From assembly GCA_034780895.1 (NCBI GenBank), contig JAUZTB010000127.1, forward strand, positions 66,317,231 to 66,381,230: a DNA stretch of 64,000 bases, read 5' to 3'. A program made the position numbers and the translations under genes. Under the pieces are notes generated by a model that did not search any database, was not told the DNA's origin, and saw only the letters and a list, made by a program, of their open reading frames with translations. The stretch is from Rhynchobatus australiae. Its lineage: Eukaryota. Shown here piece after piece: positions 37,824 through 50,469 of this stretch; position 1 is the stretch's first letter; every line of letters starts with the position of its first letter.

Positions 37824-37994
37824 TGAGAAAGGCACAAGGGTGGAGAGTATTGGGGAAACTGAGGTGTGGATGCTCACATCTCTTACAGCTTAAATCACAG
37901 CGAAGTGAGATACAAGGATGAGGTATGAACCTCTGAGAATGACAAGTGTCCACACAATTCCCCCTCGGCAAACTTATTAACTTGTTAAGTTATC

Positions 37995-38200
37995 AGGAGA
38001 CGCAAGAGATGTTGGAATCTGGACCAACATATACAATCTTCTGGAGGAACTCGAGGTCGCGCAGCATCTGTTGGGAATTGATGTCTGAGGTCAGGACCCC
38101 TGCAGATTTTTGATCTGAAACATTGACAATTCCTTCCCAGCCACCATCTGCACAGATGCTGCTCGGCCCTCTCAAATTTCTTCCAGTAGATTGCTTGTTA
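37995..38200. mobile_element. Palindromic Penelope-derived element
   Basis: GGAGACGCAAGAGATGTTGGAATCTGG...CTGGAGGAACTC...GCAGCATCTG, with inverted arm CAGATGCTGCTC...TTCTTCCAG. Confidence 0.75.
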
Positions 38201-39454
38201 TTAAATTATGTGTTGACTTTAATTTATTTTCTTTTTAAAAAAAAAGTGCCCCAAGATTCTTCTGAGGTGTTTGGGGAGGGGTGGAGAGAGGGGAAAGGAG
38301 GTATTAGGAGGGGCTAGTCAAAGGCTTGATTGACAATGTGGATTTTTGGGAGGGTTGAGGGAGGCAATTGCAGAGCATCGGGTCTAACAGCAAAAAGCAT
38401 GTGATGTGACAGAGACGGAATTGCAAAAGAAGTCAGTCTGAAAACCCGAACATTTTGCGAAGGGAGTTGAAGGACTGGATGTGATCTCAGAGATGGGGAT
38501 ATATGTGGAGTTGAAAAGATTTGAAGTTCCATGAGAATCATAAATTGGAGGGCAATAAAAAGAACAGGTAAGTGGATGATGGGAGCTTGATTCAGGATTG
38601 AATGTGTGGATCACTTTAAGATGAGCTGAAGAACAAAAGACAGATGGTTGGTCAAGAGTGATAGAGCAGCTCCTTGTTAATTTTTGGGCAAACTGGGGTC
38701 AGCTTTCTTGTGGATAGAGAATAATTCACTGGCTGTTTCCTTGATTGGACAAGTGATGTCTAAGGGACTCCTATTGTTTCTTCAAAACTTCATACTGATA
38801 ACTTCCTTGTTATGGACCTTGTCTGGATCATAGAATTATATTTTGCAGTGTCTTTTCATTTTTGTTTTATGTTGATGTTACTTAGGAAAGCTATTGATCA
38901 GCTTTTGCTCAATTTTATGTTGCCCTACATGGATAAACAAGTTTTAAAGTTGAAAAAACTTGAGGACAAATAAAACAGCTGAAATAACTTGGCAATGAGG
39001 AATCACAAATGGCCCTAGAAAGTTAAGGTGCTATTATCGTGTATTAATGGTTTAACTTGAATACATCAGCTTGGTGTACTTGCAGAGGCCTTTATTGGCA
39101 CGTGTAGCAAAAAAATAGTATTTATGGCAGATGGCATTGGTGGTTTTAAATGAAGTACAATACCTTCCTGCTGGAAATTAGATGCTATTTGGAGGTCAGG
39201 ACAATGTTGTGATGAGTCTCTGTAAACTGGCTGAGTTAGGGATTTAAAGAAATGTGGTAATGGACTGTGAAACACTGTTAAATGGTGGCTTCATTCCAAG
39301 CCTCCTTGTGTTACATAGATGGTGCAGTTTCGGGAAATTATTCCAGAAGTTCTAGCAGTATGTAGTTGGAACATGTCACCTGCATCACCCTATCTGGGAC
39401 ATGTCTCAAAGTTGATTCATCAATAAGTTTGTCAGAACACAGCCATGTTATACC

Positions 39455-39690
39455 ACAGAGTATTTCTCATTCTTATTTTCAAATCCTTGTATGGCCTTTC
39501 CTCTCCCTATTTCTGTAATGTCTGGCAGGATTGTCCTTCAAGAGATCTGCTTATTATGCTCCAGCCTCTTGAGCATCCCCGGTTTTAACAACATTCCACT
39601 ATTGCTGGGGGCTTTGCTTTCAGCATCCAAAACCCTAAGGGCAGAAATTCTCTAGCTTATCTTCAAAGATGCATCTCAAAACCTCCATCT
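39455..39690 (+). mobile_element. L2 LINE 3' fragment
   Basis: Translates FLILIFKSLYGLSSPYFCN, similar to L2 KILxLxFKxLHGLAPPYL. Confidence 0.7.
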
Positions 39691-39721
39691 TTTATCATGC
39701 ACCATATCATGTTTGATTGAA

Positions 39722-39828
39722 TCCTCTGATGGAAGGTCACTGAACTGAAGCAGTAACTGTTTCTTTCTCCACAAATGCTGTCTGAGCTGCAAAGTATTTC
39801 CAGCATTTTATTTTCAGTTTTCCAGCAC
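39722..39828 (+). mobile_element. Penelope-derived single-arm fragment starting at a hammerhead-like core
   Basis: CTGATGG-AAGGTCACTGAACT-GAAGC-AGTAACTG followed by the family arm. Confidence 0.75.
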
Positions 39829-41946
39829 TTGTGTATTACAGCTGTAAGTGAAAAGCAGAAAAAAACTTTGTTCACTGTTTGCTAACACTCTTGTGATATC
39901 CATTNNNNNNNNNNNNNNNNNNNNNNNNNNNNNNNNNNNNNNNNNNNNNNNNNNNNNNNNNNNNNNNNNNNNNNNNNNAAACAGATACTCCCAAATAATG
40001 AGATTTGGAGACTGAGACCTAGCATACTCTTGTAACCTTCTGCCTTGGCTGGTTTGCACCTGTAGTTGTGATACATGAGGATGTAAGTCATTTGTATTTC
40101 TTCATAAGATGACAAATAGTGGTGTACAAGTCCCCTGTGATTTGGTCCCTGTTGAACAATTTAATTACAAAAATTGCTAGGAAGTTGCTCTGTTAAGGAC
40201 TCCCCAATTTATTTTGGGAGATCCAAGCAATAGTATGAACATCAGTGATTTTAAAATGCCTGGTGGTGGTTGTCAGGAATGTTGTGGGGCCAGAAGGACA
40301 ACTGCTGCAAGAAGAGGGTTTTCTTCATAACTGTCTTTTTCCAGAAAAGTAATATCAATTAGGTGGTTAGGCTGCATTGGGAATTGTAGTATGTGTCAAC
40401 CACCCATGTCAACCTTGAGTATATTTGGTGTATTGTAACTAGTGTGCTATGGGGTCACACCTAAACAAATGCACTTTAATGATTACTCTTGATTCATAAC
40501 ATTGAATGACCATGATTGCTAGTGTGAGACGTGATTCTGCAGACACACCCCAGTTTTGGAAGGTTAGTGCTATCATTGGTTCTGCCAAGTTTTTTATATA
40601 TAGTTTAATGTCTATAATAAGGACACTTCCACATGAGCAACACTGGAGTTTATTGTAATTTGTGATTGTTATTGGGTTTTTCAATTGGTTGTCAGATTTC
40701 AGTGTTATAGCACATAATAGATTAGTTCACTGGTATATTATCAGATTGAGGAAGTAGGATGAAGGTGCCATATAACCTCTCAAAACCATTCCAGGTTTGA
40801 TGAATCTGTTGAATAAGCTGCCTAAGGTAGTTTGTCTCCTCAAAGGTGAGAATACCACACAGCAAATGTGTGCTCCCATAGTAGAGCAGCGGAGAACTGA
40901 GGGGAACTGGTACACGACAAAGGATGGAAACCTGATCATTTACAGGCCCAACATGAAAAGCCATTGCATTCACTAATGTCTACAATGTGCTTCCTAGCAG
41001 CCATAATTTAATTTTAAAAACTGTTTGTCTAGCTTTGGCAGTTATTTAAATATTGAACATTTTAAATTTTTTTCAAAAATTATAAACTAGAAATCTTTCA
41101 AATAATAACTGAATGTGTGCCATGTCTCAGAGACAGACAAGCTAAGGATTTAGGTGGGATGTAATCAAACATTAATCCTCTTTCCTGCCTCTGTGGCTAT
41201 CTTCATGTATATCCACCCCTTTAGGAAATGGTTCTGAAATGATAATTTGTATTTTGTGATCTGGATTCTTGGTCACACCAAGGCTGATAAAGAAAAGAGC
41301 CATTTCTAGGAAAAGTTAAATGCTATTTCCTGCAGGTACATGATGAGCAGTGAATAATCAGGCCTGAATTCCCATATCAAGTAATGTGCATTGGAAATTG
41401 TACTGATTCCTATTCGAGGCTTCAGGATCTGGTTAAATGTCTAACAACAGCAATAAGGGAGTGATGAGCTTTGGATTGGGACAAACTGCATGCTTAAGAA
41501 GGATTGCACACAAGATTGCCAGTTTGAAGAGCACAAAGGAGCAGTTGTAAAAAGGTGTCTTGAGATTTGATAATATAATGCAGTGCATTGCAGCACTGGA
41601 TAATTGAAAATGGCCTTTTACTGGAGCGAAGCATGATCATGACAATTTCCAGGTTATTTCATTTGGCTCTGGTAATTTGCCCAAGTACTTTATGGCATGA
41701 GTTGCATCTGGCACACACCAGATGATGTTATCCTCTCTGCAACCCTTTTGGGAAATGAATCAATATCATAGGGTACTCTAGGGACTACTAAATTAAGTGT
41801 TGTGCTGGACTGGGACCTCCCATCACCCACCCTGCTTGCTCACTGGCACACATCCAACTCACTGATCCCATCTCCCTGATTTGTGTGTTGCCCTGACCTT
41901 GTTCTTTTCCACCTCCCTTCCCAAACACCCCACATTCTATGCTGAA

Positions 41947-42169
41947 TGAACACCTAGAGCACTGGAGAAACTCAGCATGTCAGGCAGCATCTGTGGAGGG
42001 AAATGGATAGTTAACGTTTCGGGTCGAGACCCTTTGGCAGTCCAGATGTGAAGGGTCTCTGCTGAAACATCAACTGTCCATTTCCCTCCACAGATGCTTC
42101 TTGATCTGCTAAGTTCCTCCAGCACTTCATGTTGCTCCAGATTCCAACATCTGCTGTCTCTTGTGTCTC
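41947..42169. mobile_element. Palindromic Penelope-derived element with two divergent hammerhead-like cores and perfect 14-bp TSD
   Basis: CATTCTATGCTGAA at 41933-41946 and 42170-42183; minus core CTGCCAA-AGGGTCTCGACCC-GAAAC-GTTA (42040-42012); plus core CAGATGTGA-AGGGTCTCTGCT-GAAAC-ATCA (from 42043). Confidence 0.9.
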
Positions 42170-42313
42170 CATTCTATGCTGAAGGGCTGGATTGGTGGTA
42201 CTTCACAAGGTGCTGCCACAACATGCCAGCTTCTGACCATCTGAACTTATGCCCTCACTGGTGTGATAATATTGAATGTACCTGTTCTAAAGTCCTAAAC
42301 TAAGTATATGGGC

Positions 42314-42386
42314 AGGCACGGTAGTGTAGTGGTTAGCTTAATGCTTTACTGTGCTAGTGACTTGGGTTCAATTCTGCCTGCTGTCT
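42314..42386 (+). mobile_element. V-SINE tRNA-like head only
   Basis: GGCACGGTAGTGTAGTGGTTAGC...TTGGGTTCAATTCTG (A and B boxes). Confidence 0.8.
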
Positions 42387-43642
42387 CCAATAAAGATATC
42401 TTATAAGTCAAGACTTTGATTCTTATCAATTATAGGTGTCTATCAGTATCCTCACTTTAGGGAGATTATACTATATCAACCTATAATTCAAAGACTAGTC
42501 TCTTTTCTGAAGCTGTTTAGCTGTCAGTAATCACTATTTCAAGCGGTGGGTTCTCCCTTCCAACCAAGGAGGAGANNNNNNNNNNNNNNNNNNNNNNNNN
42601 NNNNNNNNNNNNNNNNNNNNNNNNNNNNNNNNNNNNNNNNNGGAGTAAATTCTAACAGATTATAATTCTACAAAGGATTTCCAAACACACATACAATTCT
42701 TACAAACTAGAAAAATGTACTGAGTTGCAGATGAACAAGTCATCTGTCACAGAAAGAAGGCTCTGGGAAGTGATCCTTCTCAGTCCAAGGCTGAGGAGTG
42801 GATTTTATGCCTTCGTCTCTAACTCCTAAGCACCATTGCTGCCTTTCAATATTTGCATGTTTCTTTTTGAGGGCAAGCGCACTAATCCTTGGTATCTGTT
42901 TCTTCTACTGATAAGCACCTTAATCCCTGGATAGTGATTTGCCAAAACATTGAGGTTAGCAATAAGTGTCCTGGGCCTGGATAGTGAATATCCATCACAC
43001 TGGATTCCCCTGGACCTCAGGTCCAACTGGGCCTCTGAATGCAGCAACACCTCTGTTCCCTCTGCAAATCCCATTCAGATACAACACCAGACTCTTCTCT
43101 ATCAACCCATGGGAGCAAGGACAAAGGCCACTGGTATTTGCTGTCATTGCAGGCTTCACTTTCATGGCCGCTAAAGTATTCTCAACATAAGTATTCATTG
43201 GTGCAAGGGGACTACTTTCTCTCAAGAAGCATTTTGTGGTAGAGCATCAGAAGCCTTTTCCAATTGTTCAAGTAGATTCACACAACTCTTATCCAGTTAT
43301 AGTGGACTTGCAGAGGCTACAATGTCCTAAAGGATGCACTTGGAGTACAAGAGCTATCCTTTAATTAATGATCACTCTGCAAAAAGCTCCAAGACGCCAA
43401 ATAATATCACCTAAAATTGCAGCCATGCCACCACCAGGAGCTTAGTGTACAGTGCAAATAGCATTGTTCAAAATGAATAACCCTGTCTGGACCATACTCT
43501 GTAAAAAAAAAGAATCCCATCCTGGGGAGAACAACCATTTTGGGGATGGTACTAAAGGTTATAGTGGCCTTTGAGGCTTTTAAGTGGTGTTCTGGGTATC
43601 ATCAAACATTTTATTGCACTTGAATGTTTATTTTTAAATGGT

Positions 43643-44100
43643 AAGTGGGTTTATTACTGTCACGTGTACTGAGTACAGTGAAAAACTGTTTTTCATTCCA
43701 TCCATGCAGATCATTTCATTACAACAGTGCATTGAGGTAATATGAGGGAAAACAATAACAGAATGCAGAATAAAGTGTTACAATTATAGAGAGAGTGCAG
43801 TGTTGGCAGACAATAAGATGCAAGGCTATGACAAGGTAGATTGTGAGGTCAAGAGTCCATCTTATCGTACTAGAGGACCGTTCAATAGTTGTATAACAGT
43901 GGGATAGAAGCTGTCTTTGAGCCTGGTGGTATGTTTTCAGGTTTTTGTATCCCCTGCCCAATGGGAGGGGGTGGGGGGGAGGGGCGAAGAGAGAATGTCT
44001 GAGGTGTGTTGGATCTTTGATTATGTTGGTTGCTTTACCGAGGCAGTGAGAAGTATAGACAGTGTGAACTGAGTGTAAACAGTTTACTGAGTGTGAACAA
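43643..44100 (-). mobile_element. Rex-Babar LINE 3' end
   Basis: CLGKATNIIKDPTHLRHSLF...LPLGRGYKNLKT; tail CACTGTACTCAGTACACGTGACAGTAATAAAC. Confidence 0.85.
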
Positions 44101-44224
44101 GTGCACATCCATTCAAAAAGATTGGGAATTGCTTTGCTATGGTATTCTTAGTCAGTGGTTCTTTGTGCTGTACTATATATTAAAATTTAGAAGAGTTTAC
44201 TCATTTGTTATGACACTGAGACAA

Positions 44225-44683
44225 TTCAGACCATGTTGACTTCCAACAGAGCACTCCCATTCTCCCTTCTCCTTATTTCCCTGTACTCCTGCAACTTATT
44301 CTGTCNNNNNNNNNNNNNNNNNNNNNNNNNNNNNNNNNNNNNNNNNNNNNNNNNNNNNNNNNNNNNNNNNNNNNNNNNNNNNNNNNNNNNNNNNNNNNNN
44401 NNNNNGACAATTCAGACCATGTTGACTTCCAACAGAGCAATCCCATTCTCCCTTCTCCTTATTTCCCTGTACTCCTGCAACTTATTCTGTCACATGCCTA
44501 TTAACTCCCCCTTGATTCTTCTATGTGTACAGTAAATGGTAATTTACAGTAGTCAATTAACTTGTCAGTGCAACTTGGATGTGGGAGGAAACTGGAGCAC
44601 CCAGTAGAAATGCACAGACAGCTCCCAAGGTCAGGATCAAGCCCGAGTCAATGTGAGGCAGCAGCACTACCTGCTGCACCTCC
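44225..44683 (-). mobile_element. HE1/V-SINE, decayed, spanning a 100-N gap
   Basis: TTGGATGTGGGAGGAAACTGGAGCACCC...GGTCAGGATCAAGCCCGAGTC...GAGGCAGCAGCACTACCTGCTGCACC. Confidence 0.8.
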
Positions 44684-45519
44684 ATCCCATCCAAGACCCA
44701 GCAAGAAGAGCACCATCCGTCAAGGTGTAGATATCAAAAGAATGACCACAAAGAACTACAGAAAGAAGATAAGGGTGAAGAGCCGCTATACCCACACTCT
44801 CCTCAATAGGAGTTCCCATACCAGGCTTCCCAATGACAATATTTTTACCTATGTGGTGTGAGACAGTATTTGATTTGGGAAAGATTCTGATAATTCCATA
44901 ACATTCACCCCTTCCTGTGTACCCTTTGCCAAAACAGGTATCTGATTCCCAGGAAATTATTTAGCATATCAAAGATGCAGTCCTTCTGTCCGGTTAACAG
45001 CTGGCTGAAGCTCCCAATTCATTTCCTGGTCTCAGTTAGCCATTGCAATAAGAGCTTAGGCAATTAGGTCTTTGCTTCTGATTAGGTCCAGTTGTCATCA
45101 TTATTGAATCTTGAAAAAATATGAAAATTATTCATTGTTATTTTTGCACTGCCTTCACTTTTCAAGCCTAACATCCACAGCACCTTGAATCTTGGAGGAT
45201 GAATGGCTTCATGCAGCCAGCTCTTCCCACTTCTAAATCTTGCAGATCCTCATTAAACGGCCCACTTAAGAAAAACTTTCAGTCAAATATATTGTATTCT
45301 GCTCCTAAATATCTATCAAAGTAGCAAGGCTACTCAGTGAGGACAGAAGGGCTCTTAATTGTTTCCTCTTGATTTAATGGAATATTTACAGTAGTTGCAA
45401 ATGATCATTATTTCACTTGATCAAGAAATGCACTTGTGAGGCTCATGGTTAAATCTGAAATTGCAGCAATCCACTTGCACTGAAGCCCACTTCACGTCAA
45501 TCTATACAAGTGCCAATCA

Positions 45520-45910
45520 AGTGTCATACATTGATGGCCACAGTTATGTATTGGTGTTCCCATGATGTCTCTGTCAAAGATGCACACCATTGTAACTGTG
45601 CAGTGATGTGCTTCCCACAGATCCAACTGCCTCTGCTCTTCTGAGATCAGGACAACAATATCTTTTGAACGATGGGCATTTCTCCAACAGTAAAGCATAA
45701 GGCACAGCCTGGCTTCTGATGGTGGATATCTTGCAGTGTTATTATTAAGTTGACATCGTCCTTGCCTTTCCAAAGACAACTGAACCACTGGCGACAGGCT
45801 CTGCTTATGGGATTGGCGTCAGAGCATCACTGTGTACTTCTGTAGAACTTCTGAGGAAACCCAGCCTCAACAGTAAATCATTGAGAAGCTGTTGAACATT
45901 TCTAATGAGT
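45520..45910 (+). mobile_element. Possible very decayed PIF/Harbinger DDE transposase remnant
   Basis: Ordered fragments across frames: IDGHS, KMHTIVTVQ, DQDNNIF, LASDGGYL, IIEKLL, versus HARBI1-type IDGTH, KGxHSxNVQ, SxHDSxIF, LLGDSGYP, IERxFG. Similarity is weak. Confidence 0.3.
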
Positions 45911-46017
45911 CCACTAGCATGGCTAACATTAAATCATCATGGACATTGGCAGGCTACTGCTGGTGGCATAGATTGACCTCTGACTCCGCAAAGTGGCTGG
46001 GGTAACTCTGTATGGCC

Positions 46018-46189
46018 AAAAGCAAACAAAGTGGTGGAAACCATTAACGTTTCAGGTCTGAGACCCTGTGTCATGGATGTGAAACATTAACCACGTTTCT
46101 CCTTTCCCAGATGCTGCTCGATCTGCTGAATTCTTCTAGCATTTTCTGTTTTTATCTCTGATTTTCAGCATCTGTAGTTTTTGATTTTC
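46018..46189. mobile_element. Penelope-derived element with decayed 15-bp TSD
   Basis: Flanks TAACTCTGTATGGCC (46003-46017) and TAACTCCATGTGGCC (46190-46204); minus core ATGACAC-AGGGTCTCAGACCT-GAAAC-GTTA. Confidence 0.8.
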
Positions 46190-46877
46190 TAACTCCATGT
46201 GGCCTCACGGCGCGGCTTCCTAGGTTGCCCTTGTGCACCTACCTCACTGTCCTTTCTGAATGATGGTGTGAAGGTATTATGAAGAACGTACAGACATCAC
46301 ATAAGGTCGGGACTCTACCACGAGTTGCAGAAGTGTAGGGTCCAACCTTTTATGACAGCTGCATGAACTCCAATGTATTCAGCTGAGTTGCATTGGTTAA
46401 ATATAGGTAAAGACCAGAGGATAAAAAAACATGAGCAGAATCTACAGTTGGTTAAATGCTTCACTCTGTATGAACTGAAGAGATGTGTTAACATCAGCTT
46501 TAATAGAACAAAATATTTGGTTGCAAAGGAAACTGCTGAACTAGTGATTCAAAATATGGTAATTTTTGTTTTCCCATGTAGTTTTGGAACACTGGTACTA
46601 TGTTGTACTTCTTCAATGCCTGCGGTTTGGTTGCTGGAAGGCGAGCTGTCAGATACAGGTGTGTGCTCAGAATAGCCACAATGAGCCCCAGACTAAATCC
46701 CCAACTGGTTTACTTGCAGTTTGGGGAAGCAGGTCTAGGTGTGCAGCTTCTAAGAGAGCCACTGACTGCAGGGGAGCTGCTGCAATCCTGAGAGAGAAGA
46801 ATCCTGGATCCTGCTTTGCTGACTGGACTCTTGTACTGGATGTGTTGCTTTTATGTTGCCCAGGTGGTCAACTACCA

Positions 46878-47769
46878 AGATCACAAGATAAAGGAGCAGA
46901 AGTAGGCCATTCGGCCCATCAAGTCTGCTCCATGAGCTAAACTAATACTATTCCTATCTAGCCCCAATTTCTGGCCTAATCCCCCTATCCCTTGATACCT
47001 TGACTAATTAGNNNNNNNNNNNNNNNNNNNNNNNNNNNNNNNNNNNNNNNNNNNNNNNNNNNNNNNNNNNNNNNNNNNNNNNNNNNNNNNNNNNNNNNNN
47101 NNNNNNNNNNNTATAGAATCCCCAATGACCACTGCATTACACCTTGCCCACTGGACCACGGCACCAGGTACAGTGCCAAACTCTTGTGTGCCATGGTCTT
47201 CCTGTGTCAGGTCCTCCTCTCCAACAGAATCTAAAATGAGGTACTGATTTTTGAGGGGGACCGCCACAGAGCTACTCTACTAATTCTTTATAGCCTCTGT
47301 CTGTCATTTCTTCATTCTCCCTAATCAGCTGAAGGTCATCAAGTTGCAGCTCCAGGTCCCTAACACAATCCCTGAGGAGCTACATCTCAATGCACTTTGC
47401 GCAAATATAGTCTTCAGGGAGGCTGGTAGTCTCCCAGGGTCCCCACATCTGGCACTCCAAACATAACACTAATCCCAGATTCATACTGCTATGGCACTGT
47501 CTAATGCAACTACAATAAATAAACTAATAACTTACCCCTGCTCCATTTTCGCCAAAGCCCGACCACTCTGCTGCCCGCTCCGAACGTCGCCCGCTGGATA
47601 TAGCAGTCTTTTTAAACTGTTCGCGCACTACCGAGTGATGTCACGTGCCTGCGCAGTCACTCCCTGCTATCCTCAAAAGCTAAGGGAAAATAAAAAACAA
47701 TTATCGCTTCGTTAGTCTTCGGCTCTCTCTGCTTCCTCGCCTCTTGCCGCCTATCAGAAACTCCGAAGA
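46878..47769 (-). mobile_element. Young, probably full-length CR1 LINE with its interior collapsed into a 100-N gap
   Basis: 3' tail (CAAGATCACAAGATAAAGGAGCAGAAGTAGGCCATTCGGCCC) left of the gap; ORF1 SGNH-esterase start (VPLKNQYLIL...AVVIGDSI) and CpG-rich 5' UTR right of it; TACCA on both flanks (46873-46877, 47770-47774). Confidence 0.8.
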
Positions 47770-50469
47770 TACCACAACCTCTAGCACTGTAAAGGCTGGC
47801 AAGTAGACCTTGTCTGCTCCCTGAAAGCAGCATCCTCGACCCTCAACCACCTTTCTGGGTTGTGAAGGTCAGGAGGACGGGGAGTGTGCTTCAGTAGAGG
47901 CAGAAATGTGTTTCTGTGGCACTGGTGAATCATTTCCAAAGTGGAAATGAGGTTCTTCCTCCTCTGCACCAGCCTTTAAGAGAAACTGGGCATGGACCAT
48001 CCCACCCACTCCATGGCTTGGTGGAGTGAGTCTGATGGGCCAGGCACTTTTCTCTAAGTGTTCAAGTGTAGCCTGTGGAGCGTCTTATTCAACCCCTCCA
48101 ATTTAGCAAAATGATGAGATCTGACTTCACTGGAGTAGAGATAATGTGTCCCTTTCCCTTTTGTCCACGTGCATTCTTCACAGTGCAGTGAGTTGGTGCT
48201 TTGTGGGAGCAGGTGGACTGGTGCAATGGGGTGCTCTTTGACTTCAGCAGCCAGTGCTGCTATCACTTGCTCCTCTTCAGACAGCTCCTTTGGCTGCTCT
48301 GGGACAGCAGGCTCTCTAGATAGTCTTACTTCCAGTGCTGAGCTGTAGATGTTACATTGCATCATCAAGCATGCCTAAAGACTGAGTGAGAATGCTGGCA
48401 GTGTACTTCAGCCTGTCTTTTTTTGAAAGTTGTTTGAAGTTGCTGTTTGTTAAATGTCAGAAGGATGAGCTCATGCTGAAGCAGGTGACCCAGTCTGGCA
48501 CTAGACACGTTTGCAGGTTTCCTTGAAGGCTGATGTCGCCACGACTGTCCCTAGGTTATCTGCTTGATTGCAAACTTTAACCATGTACGTATGTAATGAT
48601 GCAGCCACAGTAAAAGTTATGGCCCTTGTGCTCACTGAGTCCTGCATGACATAGCGCAAGTATTCTTTAGGTATTGGACCCTTAATAGTATTTCTATGGG
48701 AATAGAATCTGAATGTACAGTGGTTGTATTAAACATGATTATCTTGGATGGTATGTATGAAAAGATCAGTGTTGTTCTGAGTCCCAGAATTTTGGTATTG
48801 TCCCTTTTGGGAAAAATTCCATTGTGTTTTGAAGGAGGTACTGATAACTGGGGTTGTTGCAATGTGTAAACATGTGACTCTTTGAGGTCCCTGTTTGTCT
48901 AAATGCACCTCCATTGATAGCTGTGCAACGCAGTTGGACGATGTACTAATTTAATATCATACTGAAGTGCGAAAGTGCCTCCTCTCGGTTACAGAACAAT
49001 TCCTACAGCTAAAGACCACAATAAAACACATCTGGCTGATCTCCACTTCTGCTGCCGGTGCTTCCTTCACCTGCCTATGCTCTTACCAAAGGTGTCAACG
49101 GACTGTCGTTTGCTAATATGAACTCCCTCAGGTTTGGGAGTGCTATCTACCTATCACTAGTGGTTGCCATTTCAGATAACAATTGTGGGAGGTAGTTGAC
49201 ACAGTCTTGTGTGGAAATGTTGTGGAGTGAATGTGAGAATGTGTACATGCTGTTAAGGGGAGGGGCTATTGTTGGAGAGAGGGAGAGAGATGATCTGCCA
49301 TTTACAACACCTTTCCACCCCCGAAGCTCAGCAATATGCAGCCAGCCTCGCTGACCCTTGCAGATATCATTTTCTTCCAGCACAGAAACAGGCCATTCGG
49401 CCCACCATATCAATGCTGACCATCGTACTGTTACTGTTGCTGGTCATACAGTTGAAGTGTGGCTCCTGCCCAAGAGCATGTGATAGTGAGAAATTTGAGG
49501 TCCAAGGCTTGATTGACCATGATGTACAGTTAGCTGTTCTGAACATGTACAGTGGACATTATAGTCAGCTTTTAATCACAGAATGGTTATAGCATGGAGG
49601 GGGCCAATTGTCCTATATGAGTCCTATGTGAGAGGAATCTAGCTAATCCCTTGTCCGTGCTCTCTCCCCAGAACCCTGCAAAATCATTCCTTTCAGGTAC
49701 TCGCCTGGCTCCCTTTTGAAAATGAACGCTACACTTAAAGTTCCTTCTCCTGATGCTATTCCAGTCACTAAGCACTCGCTGTGTTTTTGTGTTTTTAAAA
49801 GAAAAAGTTTGTTCTGGTCACTCTTTTNNNNNNNNNNNNNNNNNNNNNNNNNNNNNNNNNNNNNNNNNNNNNNNNNNNNNNNNNNNNNNNNNNNNNNNNN
49901 NNNNNNNNNNNNNNNNNNNNNNNNNNNCTCCTGATGCTATTCCAGTCCCTAAGCACTCGCTGTGTTTTTGTCTTTTTAAAAGAAAAAGTGTGTTCTTGTC
50001 ACTCTTTTTTGTTTGCCAATTGCTTTCATTCTCTATCCCCTTGTTCTTGACCCAGATGCCTGTGGGAACAGCTTATCTCCAGTCAGTCTGAACATTTCCT
50101 AATTTTACAAACATCTATCAGGTCTCCTTCCAACCTTTTCTGTTCCAAAGAGGACAACTCTAGCTTCTTCAATCTATTTCCATCACTGAAGCCCTTGTCC
50201 AAAATTTTTTCCCTAAAGTGTGGTGCCCAATTGTGGCTGAACCAGTATTTTATTAAAGTTCATTGTGAGCTCCTTGCGGTTGTACTCTCTGGCTCAATTT
50301 GTACAACACCAGATTCGATGTGTTTTTTTTTCACCACTTTTTTTTCAACCTGCCCAGCTTCTATGTATGTATAGCCACAGATCTTGTATGTTCTTTTACC
50401 CCTTTTTAAAAAAAAAATGCCCTCTTGTTTATTTTGCCTCATCATTGTTTCATATTCTTCTTTATGATG

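Noticed and set aside
42314-42386. tRNA-like A and B boxes
   Set aside because: It matches the V-SINE heads elsewhere in the window and does not form a full cloverleaf.
44220-44491. 86-bp direct repeat (44220-44305 and 44406-44491, one mismatch)
   Set aside because: It exactly flanks a 100-N placeholder gap, the signature of unmerged overlapping contig ends rather than a real duplication.
47550-47770. CpG-island-like host promoter
   Set aside because: It is contiguous with CR1 ORF1 and better explained as the LINE 5' UTR.
49747-50008. 81-bp direct repeat with four mismatches
   Set aside because: Same artefact around a 100-N gap; a 14-bp version flanks the gap at 24956-25055.
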